Below, one piece after another: positions 51,783 to 64,000 of a DNA stretch of 64,000 nt. The DNA lies in the NCBI GenBank assembly GCA_050575255.1, contig JBNZDD010013665.1:985136-1049135 (forward strand), written 5' to 3'. Position numbers and translations under genes: made by a program. The notes beneath the pieces are model-generated. The model was not told the origin of the DNA. It ran no database searches and saw only the letters and a program-made list of their open reading frames with translations. The DNA comes from Harriotta raleighana. Its lineage: Eukaryota. The first letter of the stretch is position 1. Each line of letters begins with the position of its first letter.

Positions 51783-51950
51783 GCCCTTTCACCTCTGGGA
51801 CCTGGCATTCAGCGCATCTTTGCCAGATGGCAAGTAGCCTTGTTTATCACAGCTGTTGAAAGACCTTCAACAAATTTAGCTTGCATGGTTGATCTCAATT
51901 CAGCTCCCAGTAGAAGTGAATAAACAGCTTGATGAGACCTAGAATTTGGC
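51783..51950 (+). mobile_element. LF-SINE-like ancient SINE fragment
   Basis: CCTTTCACCTCTGGGACCTGG, CAGCTGTT and GATCTCAATTCAGCTCCCAGTAG in the order recalled for LF-SINE. Confidence 0.5.
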
Positions 51951-54934
51951 AGCTTTACTCTGAGAGAGAGAGAGAGATGCAGTTGAGGTAAGAAAAGGCT
52001 CTAGGAATCTTTGCACAACATCCACCTAAGCTGTCAGCTTGGCTCAGATGATTCTTTTCTAGATAGTTGAGCTCATGACTGCAAAAGCAGCAATGCCTTA
52101 GTTGAGGTCTATCTTTTGTTACGAGATGGGTTAAACTGTTATCCCGTTTGCCTGTTCTGTGGATGATTCTAAAGGTCATGTGAAATTCGTTGAAAAGAGA
52201 ATTAGCTACGTAAGCGTGAGTCTTTCATACACTGGAACTCTCAGTTTGGTTTGGATGCGCTTAAACATGGTGATAGGTTCCCATATGTGTCAGACATCTA
52301 GTTGACCAAACCAAAACTATTCCCTGTACCCTACATAATGGACAATCCTCCAGATTAATTGTTCATACACCTTATGTCTTTTTGTGGTGTTTTACTGGTG
52401 GATATGGCTCTCAGATTTTCCAACAAAGACAGTTATTACACGTGACAATAAATAAGGATTGAATTGTTCCAATGTGGTAATATGCTATCACATTCGTAGG
52501 GCTATTCAGCGTCACAATCACAAACTCCTGTGTAATGGAATGTGAGCTTCCTTGCTCTATTTTCCTTTATTTCTCTCTCTTTCTGTCTTTCTCGCTTTCA
52601 TTGATTTGAAAAATGCTTGATGCTTTTGGTAAGTCTGAAGAATTAGAGAGTGGTTTTGTTTCCTGTGAAGATCGCAACCTTCCCCCAATAAATAGACGAG
52701 CATAAAAGAACAGGAAATCAATCACATATTGCCAGGCTTCATAGCACAATTGAATGCCCAAAGCCAATCTTTCCATTTATAAGACCACAAGAAAAGGGAA
52801 AGATTTTTTAAAAAAAGGCTATTTGGCTTCAAAGTTTATCCCTCTGAGTAGTAGGAAGGTCCTCAATAGTTTGGTCTGTTTTATTGAAAATATTTTGTGT
52901 TTCACCTGACGTTTAATCTTTAAATTGCTTTCGAGTTGGTCAAATCTATTTTCTTGGTTTCCTTTGAATTAACACGGTTACTTCACTTGGTCTATATACC
53001 AATATTGTTTGATGTAGTTCAAAGGACTTCTCCCTTAAAGTCATCTTGTTTCATTGTTTACTAGGAATCGGTTTGGGTGTCTCACATGTCACTGTGCGTC
53101 GGAGTATCCAAACAACAACAACAACAAATTGCATTGATATAGTGCCCTTCATGTTAGGGGGAAAGTTTCCTGCATATCACCGACACACAGAAATTCCCAT
53201 GTTTGGAATGAAAAACACCCACTCTCCTAACAGAGAGACGCGCCCTTCGACACCACCCTATCTGTTATGGCTTTGTCTTTGCAGGGTTAATGGGAACTGA
53301 GTATAATCCCTGCCCCAATTGCTCTTTCCTGCTACTTTCCTTTGGCAAGTTTTTTTTTTGCTTTGGTCGGTTCCGTTTGTGAGTCAGCACAAGGCAGCAC
53401 ATTGCTGGGTTGGTTGATTTTGGAATTGTTTTCAGGTTGAAATTGACAAGCAGATCATGTGGACAAAGGATCGGCTGTCTCCTGTGAAGAAAATGACATG
53501 CTGGTACAATACGCACAAGAATGTTATTAAGCTTCTCTTTTCCAGCAGTAGGACAGGGTGGAAATGCTTCTTTGAGAAATTCTTTCAGTGCGAATGCAAT
53601 TTTGAAGGATTCTCGATGTTGCCCAAGTTGAACCATGACTATTAATAAGATTTCAGGCTTCGCTTGAAAGCTTTTCTTTTGGTCAGTCAGGCATCCAACA
53701 CGGGTAGGTATCTGACACTGAGCAGAAAGTTTCCGTCTTGATGGCTCGAAATTTGCAGAGATTTTTCAGGTCAGATTCAGGATGTGAAAAGTACTGAATC
53801 AACAGAAATGTGAGGCACGGTATTTTTGTCTAATGGATGAAACTAGTTTCCACAAGCAGTCAGGTACTGAAATAAAGCTGAGGCTTTTGTATTATGTCAC
53901 GGGCTGATTTAACTGAACCGGCCTGATTCTGTACGAGTTAGCAGAACACTCAGTCTCCCTGCATCCATTTTGCTCCTTGTGCTATTTTTTTACACAGAAA
54001 TATCAGGAAACGCCTGAGGGAAATTCAGAAGAACCAAATAAAACTCAATTTATCTCATCGGCCTTTCAACCTTCACAAGGTCCTATATTATGTCCTAAAC
54101 CCGACACATTGTTTTTGCAATTTATAAAAGAGAAAATCCGTACTAGAATAGATGGGATATTTAGTTTCTCAGCTCTTGTTACCAGAGATAGCTTGTTGTG
54201 TTTTAAGGAGTCTCCGAATGAAATAGTTCCTCCACCAAATTGATAATAATAATAATGATTAATAATAATAACCCTTACATTTGATTTAGTGCTTTTCACC
54301 CTAGGGGAATGTCTCAAAGTGTTTCGCAGGATTTAGTGTAGTGGTGTCTGTGTATTTATTGCAAAGTGAAGAAACCTATACAACTCGTAATGGAAAGCGA
54401 CGTACAAAAGTATTGGTAACCATAAATTTCACAGGAAACATGAAATTAATGACCCTCTGGAAAACAAGTGGAATTATTGTAGCTAATGGCTTTATATTTA
54501 TAAGATGTTATGTTGGCCTAAGCCGAACGATCTGGGGAACATCAAACAATTAAATTACATTAAAATCAATATCACGTACAATGAGGGGTTATTGGGGTCT
54601 TGTTAATATGTTGACTGTGTGTTATGGGTTGTAATCCTTAACCAGAGAGAGACTGGGAGCTCATTACAAACTGTCTAACACTGACCAGCAAAATAATAAT
54701 TCTTTCACTTGATGTAGTGCCAATAAACATACTCAAAATGCTTCACAGAGTTTCTATTGCGCACAGTGACTTTGAATTTGTGAGCAAAGGCAGCAGGTAA
54801 TCTATGCATGTTTTTTCACTATCCAGCATGTTTGTCTGTAAAATGCACACTGCAGTTTTTAGAAAATCCTATGGAATGCTTTGAGATGTCTCACCAAAGA
54901 CAAGGGTTATTAAAGTGGGAAACTGCCTTAGCTC

Positions 54935-55380
54935 CGCGTCAGCCAGGCTCAGTTACAAGAACTCTCGTCTCCGGGTGTGTTAGAAATTCGCTTGTTCAAG
55001 TCCCGTCAGGATTTTGAACTCGTAGTCAAACAAGACACTCCAGCATAGTGTTGGGGTGCACTTCATTGTCAGAGATGCTGTCCTTTGGATTAGATGTTTC
55101 TCAGCTTTCTGTTCATGTGGAGAATAAAGATCTCATGGCACTATTTGAAAAGAGAGATGAGTTTCTCCCAATCTCCAGCCAAAAACCCCACAAATAAACG
55201 TTCGTCATTCACTTGGCAGCTGCCTGTGGGACATTTGCTGTGCACAAAATGGACTGCCGCGTTCTCCTACAACACACAGTCACTACATTTCACAGTAAAA
55301 TCTTGTGAAGCTCTTTGCAGCGTCTCAATGACATGATAAGGCACTGTAACAAATGCAAAGATTATCATTATTTTTATTAG
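54935..55380 (+). mobile_element. Old Deu-domain SINE, full length
   Basis: Same ordered motifs as the 50998 copy. Confidence 0.8.
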
Positions 55381-55389
55381 TGTTAGTCC

Positions 55390-55620
55390 AGAACGCCCCT
55401 AAACTCTGGAGCTCCCTCCCTCAAATCCTCCACCTTAACCCCTCACTCCCCACCTTCGAATCCAGCCTAAAGACCTTCCTTTTTGATCATGCTTCCGATC
55501 ACCTAAACCCCTCCTTCCTCTTCCCCTGGCTCACTGTCAGCCTCCTGCCACTGTGAGGAGCTCCGGGACACTACCCCACACGAGGGGCGTTATTTCAATT
55601 CCAAGTTGTTATTGTTATCA
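55390..55620 (+). mobile_element. L2 LINE 3' fragment
   Basis: APKLWSSLP...FESSLKTFLF; tail CAAGTTGTTATTGTT. Confidence 0.85.
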
Positions 55621-56346
55621 TTATAACTGAATCACTGTGCAATCTCAAGCTTGGTGGAAGGCCAGCAAGTGTCAGATGGAGTACGGCAATACCGGGCCCT
55701 GTTTTACAAGAGACAGATGTGCAACAGCTGTGCAGCACCTAATGTACAGCTGAGGGCTCCATCGCCTCGCTGCTTGCTTCCCACTAATAAGCAAGCTCGC
55801 CACTTTCTGGAGACGTGGGCACGATAATTAATTTACAAATCTCCGAAGGGAAACCTTACATGACTGGAAGCTGGAACTAATTTACTCACTTTGAAACACT
55901 TCATCATTTTAATTCTTCTTGGCATTGATCACGTTATATTGCTTCCCTCCTTACCGAGTACTGACTTTCATCGGCCATCCAGAGATTAGTAAATGGGACG
56001 GGGGGGGGAGGTGGGTTCAGGTGAGGTATGTTTTTGAGAGGTGTACTATCTCGCCAGTCTATAAATCTTTTCTTCTTGCCTTGATGAGAGTCCATTAATT
56101 TAGAATAATTAGCAAAGGGGCAAATGGGTACATTTGGAAAAAAATCTTTTTTTTACTCAAGAGTTGTTAAGACGTGGAAAGTCTTGCTTTCAGGAGTGAA
56201 CTACATAACAAAGGTATTTAAAGCAGAGATGATTGAAAGGTTATGGGAGTAGAATGGAAAGTAAATAGAACCAACGCAGACATAATGGGCAAAGGGTCTT
56301 CTGTGCAGTTCTGATGATTAAACACTGCTTCCTACTTTGTTGGAGG

Positions 56347-56610
56347 ATAATAATAAGAATAATCTGTGCATTTAATATAGCGTTTTTCATGTCTTCCAGA
56401 TGTCTCAAAGCGCTTCACAGAATATACTGTAATGTGAATTGACTGTATATATGTGGGCAAAACGCGGCAGCCAAGTGCACACAGCAGTGTCCCACAAACA
56501 TTTGTGGATGGAAATGACCAATTTTTTTTTGAGGGATTCTTTTCAGGTGTGTGAAGTAAGGAAACTTGCCCAAGTTTCTGGAATTAACCACTAAGCTACA
56601 GGATTCTACA
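56347..56610 (-). mobile_element. Young SINE with internal head deletion
   Basis: Body and tail match; A box retained. Confidence 0.85.
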
Positions 56611-56784
56611 TGTGGAGGTGGAGGTGGTGGGGTTCAGCAGCTTGAGGTTAAAGAGTTTTAAACATTTTTAAAGGGAAGCCTTTGAGAATGTTGTGTGTAA
56701 GGTGCATTGGTCTGTGTCTGTGTGCGAGTGTAACTCTTCCAGCACAGGGAAACTGAGGACATATCCAGTAAAGTTTGTTGTCAA

Positions 56785-57170
56785 TTTGGTTCAGTCAGTT
56801 GCGCTCTCACCTCTCGGCCCCATACTTGTGGTTTTGAGTCCCACATCAAGACTTTGAGTTCATAATCCAGGTAGATATTCCAGGTAGTGGTGGGGGAATG
56901 ATGCATTGTACAAGATACAGGCCCTCACATGAAATGTTAGAACACGGTCCTAAGTAAACGTTGAAGAGCTGATTGCACTATTCAAAAAGAGAAGCAAGTT
57001 TCTCCGGGTGTCCTGGCCAACAATTCTCAATACTGTGTGTTGGTCATTCATCTCACAATTATTTGTGAGACAATGATGTGTACAGATTGCCTCCTATGTT
57101 CATTTATATATACAAATTAACTTCATCAAACAATAAATCACCTTCAAAGGCACTTTGAGACATTTCAATA
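56785..57170 (+). mobile_element. Old Deu-domain SINE
   Basis: Same ordered motifs. Confidence 0.75.
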
Positions 57171-59319
57171 AAATAATAATAATCCTTGTATTTGATACAG
57201 TGCTTTTCATATCTTCTACACAGCTCACAGCGCTTCACAGAATATACTGTGAAATGAATTGACTATATATTTTTGTAAATGTATATATATTTGTATTTAT
57301 GTTACAGGTATTACATCAAATGCAAGATATACGTGGTGAGAAAGAATGGATAAGACGTGTAAGGTGTGCGTGAAATGGAGGGACATTGGAATCAAAAGAT
57401 CTACTAAACTGGTGGAACAGGCTTGTTGGGCTGGATGGCCTCCTTCTGGTCCTGTTTACCTGTGTGAGCTTCCGTTTCCAGCAATCATTCAGCCTACGCC
57501 AAACCCTGGCAAACGCACTGAGCTCGCTCTGAGGTGCATTGTTACTGACATTTCCAAAGTGAAAGAGATTGATTTCTATAACAATGGATGCACCCAAGAC
57601 AAATGGAAGAAGGATCAAGGGTTCTGGCAATTGGTGTGTGGAGTAATTCTGAATATTAATCATCTCAATTAGCATCCTTGACAAGCGATGCCGGAAAGCT
57701 ATGCAAATAAAATAATTCTCTATTTTTTTTTAAAAAGGGCTGCATAAACAAAAACAATAGCTCCAATCTTGGTGACTATTCCTCACCGTGGGCGCTGAGC
57801 AAACGTCTCGAGTGTTATATTTCAGATTGTGTTATACTGTATAATGTCATTCATTGAGGTTAAATTCCAGAGGTTAAACTCCTGCTCCACAGTGCATTTC
57901 CACTGTCCCAGTCGCTGTACCTTGGGTTCATTCACATCTCTTGTCACATTCTCACTTTGATTTTTCCAACGCACCGTTCGCTTCTGCTCTCCCCAATTCC
58001 ACCATTCACCAGCTGTACAACCACTGTCACTCACATCCTCCCCACCCCCCACAAACTCCATACGTCCATCACCCCATCTCTCATCAGCCCCCTCTAGTTC
58101 CCTATCTCCCAGCAGTTCGATTTCAAGGTCCTTATCCTCAAGTATAAATCCTTGCACTTTCCTTATTCTCCCGGACTTACACCCTTCTCCTGCGAAGCAC
58201 TTCGCAACATTCTCCAAAGCGAAAGGTGCTGAATAAGTGTAAGCTGGTATCGTTGAAGTGTGGGTAACACGATCGCTTACAAACACACAGTCACTAGACG
58301 TCCGGTGCTCTGGCAAGCCATTTGATAACACTCGCTACGTCAAATGCAAAGGATCATTATTACACTCTTCATCAGAGATGCCGCAGTAACTCAACAGAAA
58401 TCAATGGAAACAATCATGAAATGTCAAATGTGGTCCAGTAAAGTAGGCTTACTCCTATACTGCAGGTGTAAGGACCTGAGATAAGTGAAGAATCATCAGT
58501 GAGCTGGATGGAACNCCTATATTATTCCTGCACTCAGCTACAGAGGCCGTCGAATCACATACACTGCGACTGGCATTNACTATATTATTCCTACTCACAG
58601 AGCTTAACTGCACTCAGCTACAGAGGCCGTCGAATCACATACACTGCGACTGGCATTGAAACATGAGGTCCCTCCCCTTTTCCCCCTCCCTGCATCGCAG
58701 TGAAGTTGCTGTTAATCACTGCGCTCACATAAGGCAACAGCTCAAGTCACTTTACGTGAAGGACAAACTATTTGTTACAGTTAACATGAAAGCGCTGTCA
58801 AACTCTGTCATTAGTGTTTGCTAAGTTACTATAGGCTGTTCAAATGCTTCTTTTCTGGCAATTTGTCTCCCCACCATCCCCCCCTCTCTCTCTCTCTCGC
58901 TCTCTCTCCCTGATGTGATACTGTTGTTCCCAAATGAGATTTCGCTCGCAGGTCTGAGATTATTCTTCCTGATTGTAACACTGTAGGACATGGTTAAAGA
59001 ATGTCTGGTCTTCCAATGGAATTTCCAGGTCAATATTGCACTGCCCAACTCCAGATATACCTTCAGGAACAGACTGAGCCAACATTGGAGGTGAGGAGAC
59101 TAAATCAATGCCGCTGCAAGGTGCTGGAACAATAGATATTTATGGCAAAGATGAAGGCTGGAAAGAAGGCCCATTGGGTCTGTGCCAATGTACCAGCTCC
59201 TCACCCTGATACTCCAGTGTTGTCAGAGTATGCCATCCTATAGATGTCTCTGCCTATTCACCATGGTTGTTAAAGATTCCCTTTGCAAAAAGAGGATAGA
59301 GTTTCTCTCTCTCCCACCC

Positions 59320-59528
59320 AATAATAGTCCCTCCAAAAAAACCACCATAATAAAATTAGTCATTTTAATCCATGACTGTTTGCGGGTCACTGCTGTGCGC
59401 AATTGGCTGCTGCGTTTCGCCCACAAATATACAGTCAATTCACTTTCGGTGAATATTCGGTGAAGCGCTTTTAGACGTCGATAAGATGCGAAAAGCGCTA
59501 CATCAAAATGCAAGGATTATCATTATTA
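59320..59528 (+). mobile_element. 5'-truncated young SINE nested in an old SINE (about 59190-59740)
   Basis: Old body stops at GAGTTTCTC and resumes at GTGTTCTGGCC after the young tail. Confidence 0.8.
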
Positions 59529-62329
59529 GTGTTCTGGCCAGCAATCCCCAGATAAAATTGGTCACTCACCACTTCATTGGCTGTCGATGGGAATTGTTTC
59601 ATGCAAATTAACAGCCACCTTTGCCCACAGAACACACAGTGACTGTACTTCACAGTAAATACTGTGAAAGCCGCAGGCATGTCTTAATGAAATGATCAGG
59701 CATTATATCAAATACTGTATAAGGATTTTTACGTTATTAAATTATACTTATTCTATTAGGATATTATCGTGTCTGGTATCTTCAGGAGGAAAGAAAATTC
59801 AGTTGCTAAAAAGCTGTCAAGTCAACAGGTAAGGAGTGTGGAGAGAGGGGGGTGGAGAGNGAGAGGGAGAGGACTGCTTCCTGCCCCTCAGCAAGACATT
59901 GACACATCACAGCGAGACCTAAACCAGCCGAGGCTGGAACAACTTTCAAAAGGATCGTTGTACAAAGTATGCTTCTTTGTCGAAAAGTTTACTGTTGTCT
60001 GACTAATGTGGAAACCCATCACCCTGCTTCATTAAGATAGGATTTACTGTGAGGTGTAGTCACTGCACACTCTTTTCCCGGACTGACACATTGTGCTATT
60101 CTAATTCCGGAGAGTAATGGAATCCCTGGAGTGGTCTGTCAAGTAATAATAAATGACATTTGACGTAGAAACTTGACATAAACACGTCAATGGAACACCT
60201 CAAAGCATGGGTTGAATTTTTTTTAAATGTAAAATGTAGTGACTGTGAATTTTGTGTGCAAACACAGCAACCAATTTGAAAACAGTAATGTCCCATAAAC
60301 AGCCATGAAATTAATGTTTGATTTTATCTGGGGGAAAAACTTAATACTACTACTAATAATAATAGTCATAATAATAACCCTTGCATTTAGTGTGGTGACC
60401 TTATTANGTAATACTACTACTAATAATAGTCATAATAATAACCCTTGCATTTAGTGTGGTGACCTTATTACATCTTCAAATCGCAGAATTTATTGTAAAA
60501 TGAATTGACCGTATAGTTTGTGGAAGACATTTGGGGTTGACTCACAGAGTGACTCCAATCTGCAATGACAACTGGTTGACTATTCAATTTCTTTCTAATA
60601 AATCTAATTAAATCGCTACAAAGCCATCAAAAAGATTGTTTGAGGCAATCAAGATCAATTTCTGCAGGGAAATAAATTGGTGTTAAGAAGAAAAGAACTG
60701 ATGTACATTGAATGCTGACATTTTATTTAATTTATGCATATGGTTACAGCCCATTAATCAAAATTAAAACGTTTTTTGAACAAAGTAATTTTTGCTGTAA
60801 GACATGGAATCTATCGTCTCAATAATTTATTCTGCAATGAATTCTATGCCGATGTTAGTTCAGTCAGCCGCTTGGCTTTGCATAGAGAAGGGTCCCAGGC
60901 TGTATTGAGGTGGTCGATCGCAGTCTGGGCAGCAAACGGAACCACAAATAACAACAACAACTTGCAAGTATATGGCGTCCTTCGCACTGGACTGCCTCTT
61001 GAAGCACTCACATCTAATTAAATGGTCTTAGTGTTCCTGGAGAGGGAAAATCAGCCTGGGACTTGCTGTGAAGTGTATTTGTAGGTAAATATGGCAGCCA
61101 ATTCACACACAGCAGTTTTCACACACCTATATCAAAGGAGAAATTTTGTTTCACCCAGTGTCTGGGATAATAATCCTCCCGATTTTTTGTTTGTGGGTAT
61201 TTGCTGTTATGCAACTGGCTGCTGTGTCTGCTTCCAGTCACTACTTCCCTGTGAAGCGTTCAATGCTATAGATGCTCTATGAAATGCAAAGATTGTTACA
61301 CAACCAATTGCATTCGCACTGAGTGGCTGAGTTTGTACAATGTCCTGAGGTCCTGATCTGATGGGATAAATAAGGTTCCTACAGCTCGTGCAATTAGTCG
61401 GAGGGAAGTATTCGTCCTATTCCCTTGCTCCTCTTTATTCCCAACTGAGCATTGTCCATAATTGAGCACTAATTGGGACAAAACAGGCAATCTTATTCAA
61501 AAGGTCACAAACACAATTGGAATGAAGAGTGAAAATATCACACTGTAGCTGAAGAGAGCTGTGTGACTCAGAATATAGTTATCGCGAACCTTTGGGCAGA
61601 GTGGAGCGAGCCTCAGTCTATATCTGATAAGAGCAGGGCTGACCTGACGATGCTTAATATTGACACTAGCCAATTGCTGAGTTAACGCATTCCAGACCAA
61701 CACTGCACTTTGTGCAAAGCAACTAGCCTTGAGAATTTAACAAACCACCTTAGGCTTTAATAACTATGTTTATTCTGTCAGCTCGGCTCCATTGGTAGCA
61801 CTCTCACCTCTGGGTCAGAAAATTGTGGGTTCAAGCAGTGGCCTTTGAGATCACAGCGTTGGGAGAGCATTGCATTGTCAGAGTGTCATAACTCAATGAG
61901 ATGTGAAACCAAGGACCCGTCTGCCTCTTCATGTGGAGGCTAAAGATCCCTTGGCACCAACATGCCATGGAGAATCACCTGCTGCGTTTGCCTACAGTAA
62001 CAGTCACTACATATAATCTTTAAAACTGCCAATGTGATAAGGTGCTTTCAAAATTCAAGTGTTTTTTTTTCCTTCAATACAATATCTGATGGGCTTCAAT
62101 GAAATATACTTCCTTCAAGCATTTGTTGAGTTCGTCCCAACGCATTGGGAAGTTCTCCCAACGTGAAAGACGCTACCCAATAGATATAATTTTGTATTGT
62201 AGTCCCTAGAATGAGTGGTGTGTCTGCTTGGCTCGGTTGTGCTGGGGATCGATGGGCTTTGCAAAAAGCAGCAAACATAATTTGTAGCAGTGGCTTTTTT
62301 TTTTAACCTGGAGGGCAAACACTGACCAC

Positions 62330-62510
62330 TTCCTTTCTCTCTCTCTTTTCTGTCTCATTCGCTTTTTCTTTTTTTTATTCATTCATAATTCATATCCTTT
62401 TACCCTTCTTTCTATCCTCTCTCATTTCTCTCCCCCTCTCTTTCTCTCTCTCTCTCTCTGTGCTTGCCTCTTCTATGTCTCTTTCACTCTTGTCTCCAGG
62501 CTTCTATCTC
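62330..62510. repeat. CT-rich low-complexity tract with (CT)n
   Basis: Directly visible. Confidence 0.85.
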
Positions 62511-63719
62511 TGGCTCAGCTGGTATAACACACATGACAATGTTAAGTCAGGTTGACTGATGTGTAGCCTGTGCAAGTGCAGTCGGCCTGTCAGTATCACA
62601 AACTTACCTTGCAGGAAGCTGAAGAGTTTTTTTTAGATGACCTGGAGAAAGGAGAGTGCTATACCGGACAGAATTATGTGGGTCATTACTTCGGATGTTT
62701 GCTTGTCACACGTGGCCAAAATCAGCCAAATGATCATCTATAGCCCCCTTCTCGACAAAACCCCTTTCGTTGATCTAAAACGTCTTCATCCACCCATCCA
62801 CCCCCAGTGTCTGAGCACAAGTAGAATTGGAGGAAATGTGTTAGAATGAGTGATAATCAATAAATATGGAACTCACTGCCAGACGCTGTACCTAATGGCC
62901 TGTTTCCATGCTATATGGTCAGACTCTTTCCAGGATGTGATGAGGCGCTGTATCAAATGCAAGGGTTTTATCGTCTACCTGATGGGAGCAGATGCCAAGA
63001 GGGGAGAATCCCAGTCGCAAAATCACGTGAGCTTCAGATCAAGCAGGTCCTTTGGCACATTTGATCTGATCCTTTCAGAACAGTCACCCTACCGTGCTCA
63101 CACTGGAACAGCAACCTGTTGTTTAAATGACTCCAGTATTCTGGCCTAAAGAATTCTACCGTATCCTAGCCATGCGTTAGCTGCTGTGCAAAGAAGATCA
63201 ATGGGCAACTGTTTGAATTTAGATTCTGAATGCCGTTCGGTACCTTGGGACGTCCTCCCGAGGGGAAAGACGCTATACAAATGTCATTTTGTTGTTGTTG
63301 TTCTGATCGCACACTTGCTGCGCATGTATTCTACGAATTGGGTCTAATGGAAGGATTGAGACGGAACGAAAACACGCTAATGACAATCTAAAAACTGTAA
63401 AGCATTCAACACTATCTGTAGAGAAAACATTTAAAGCCTGGGTCCCTCCATGGAATGGGCCTCGAATGGTATCACTTTATGAAGAACCTACAATTATCAA
63501 ACTCAGCTGTTCCCCACCCTGTAATTACAAGGATGGAATCTTGTCATAAAGCTGCCTGAGTTATATACCTTTTTATTAAATCCAAGAAGCTGGAAGAAAA
63601 TCATAAAACAAATGGGACAAGAAAGAGAATTCAGCTGGAGAGATGAACAAATGGATACACCCAACACAGAGGCACCAACATCAGTTTATGTCCCTACGGA
63701 AACTCCTTCCTCGTCAGCG

Positions 63720-64000
63720 TTCCCAGATCTATCTTTCACAAGCTGCAGATCATCCAAAACTCTGTAGCTTATGTCCTCTCCCGCACTAGGTTCTGCGACC
63801 TCATCACTCCCGCCCTCGCCCGGCTCCATTTGCTCCCCATCCCCCAGAGGATCGAATTCAAGATCCACGGCCTTGCCCCTTCCCATCTCTCCGACCTGCT
63901 GACTCCCTTGCAACCTGCCCGCTCCCATTGTTCAGCAGGCTCCAATCTGCTCCATGTCTCCCACCCGAACCACCTCACCATCAGTGGCCAGGCTTTCAGC
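63720..64000 (+). mobile_element. L2 LINE ORF2 fragment running off the window end
   Basis: Hand translation LQIIQNS.A.VL.R....ITP.LA.LH.LPI.QRIEFKI...LAP..LSDLL...GQAFS. Confidence 0.88.

Noticed and set aside
36293-64000. GRIK3 exon 1 (signal peptide)
   Set aside because: No hydrophobic leader ending in an H.(I/L)R(I/F)G-like phase-1 donor was found by eye; probably beyond the window.

Overview
Vertebrate genomic DNA, most likely a cartilaginous fish (inferred from the repeat content). The only host gene I can support is a kainate-type ionotropic glutamate receptor on the minus strand, best matching GRIK3 (GluK3). Nine coding exons (exons 2-10 by orthologue numbering, 36292 down to 7052, 1406 nt, all GT-AG, phases consistent) encode the amino-terminal domain and the start of the S1 ligand-binding lobe. 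I did not find exon 1 or exon 11 onward in the window. The introns are dense with retroelements: an old Deu-domain (SacSINE1/AmnSINE-like) SINE family, a younger tRNA-headed SINE sharing its 3' half, and L2 and CR1 LINE fragments. There are also two TA-flanked Tc1/mariner-type MITEs, some unexplained inverted repeats and candidate conserved non-coding blocks. Eight of nine single-N positions sit beside near-identical duplications that look like unmerged haplotype overlaps. Most listed ORFs are spurious. I did not find a clearly new biological system. The best leads are a MITE inserted in the exon 2 splice donor, a head-swapped SINE, a covarying L2/SINE tail stem-loop, a 54-bp intronic inverted repeat, a GAG acceptor and a candidate 34-nt microexon. 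All comparisons to known proteins and repeat consensi are from memory, not database searches.
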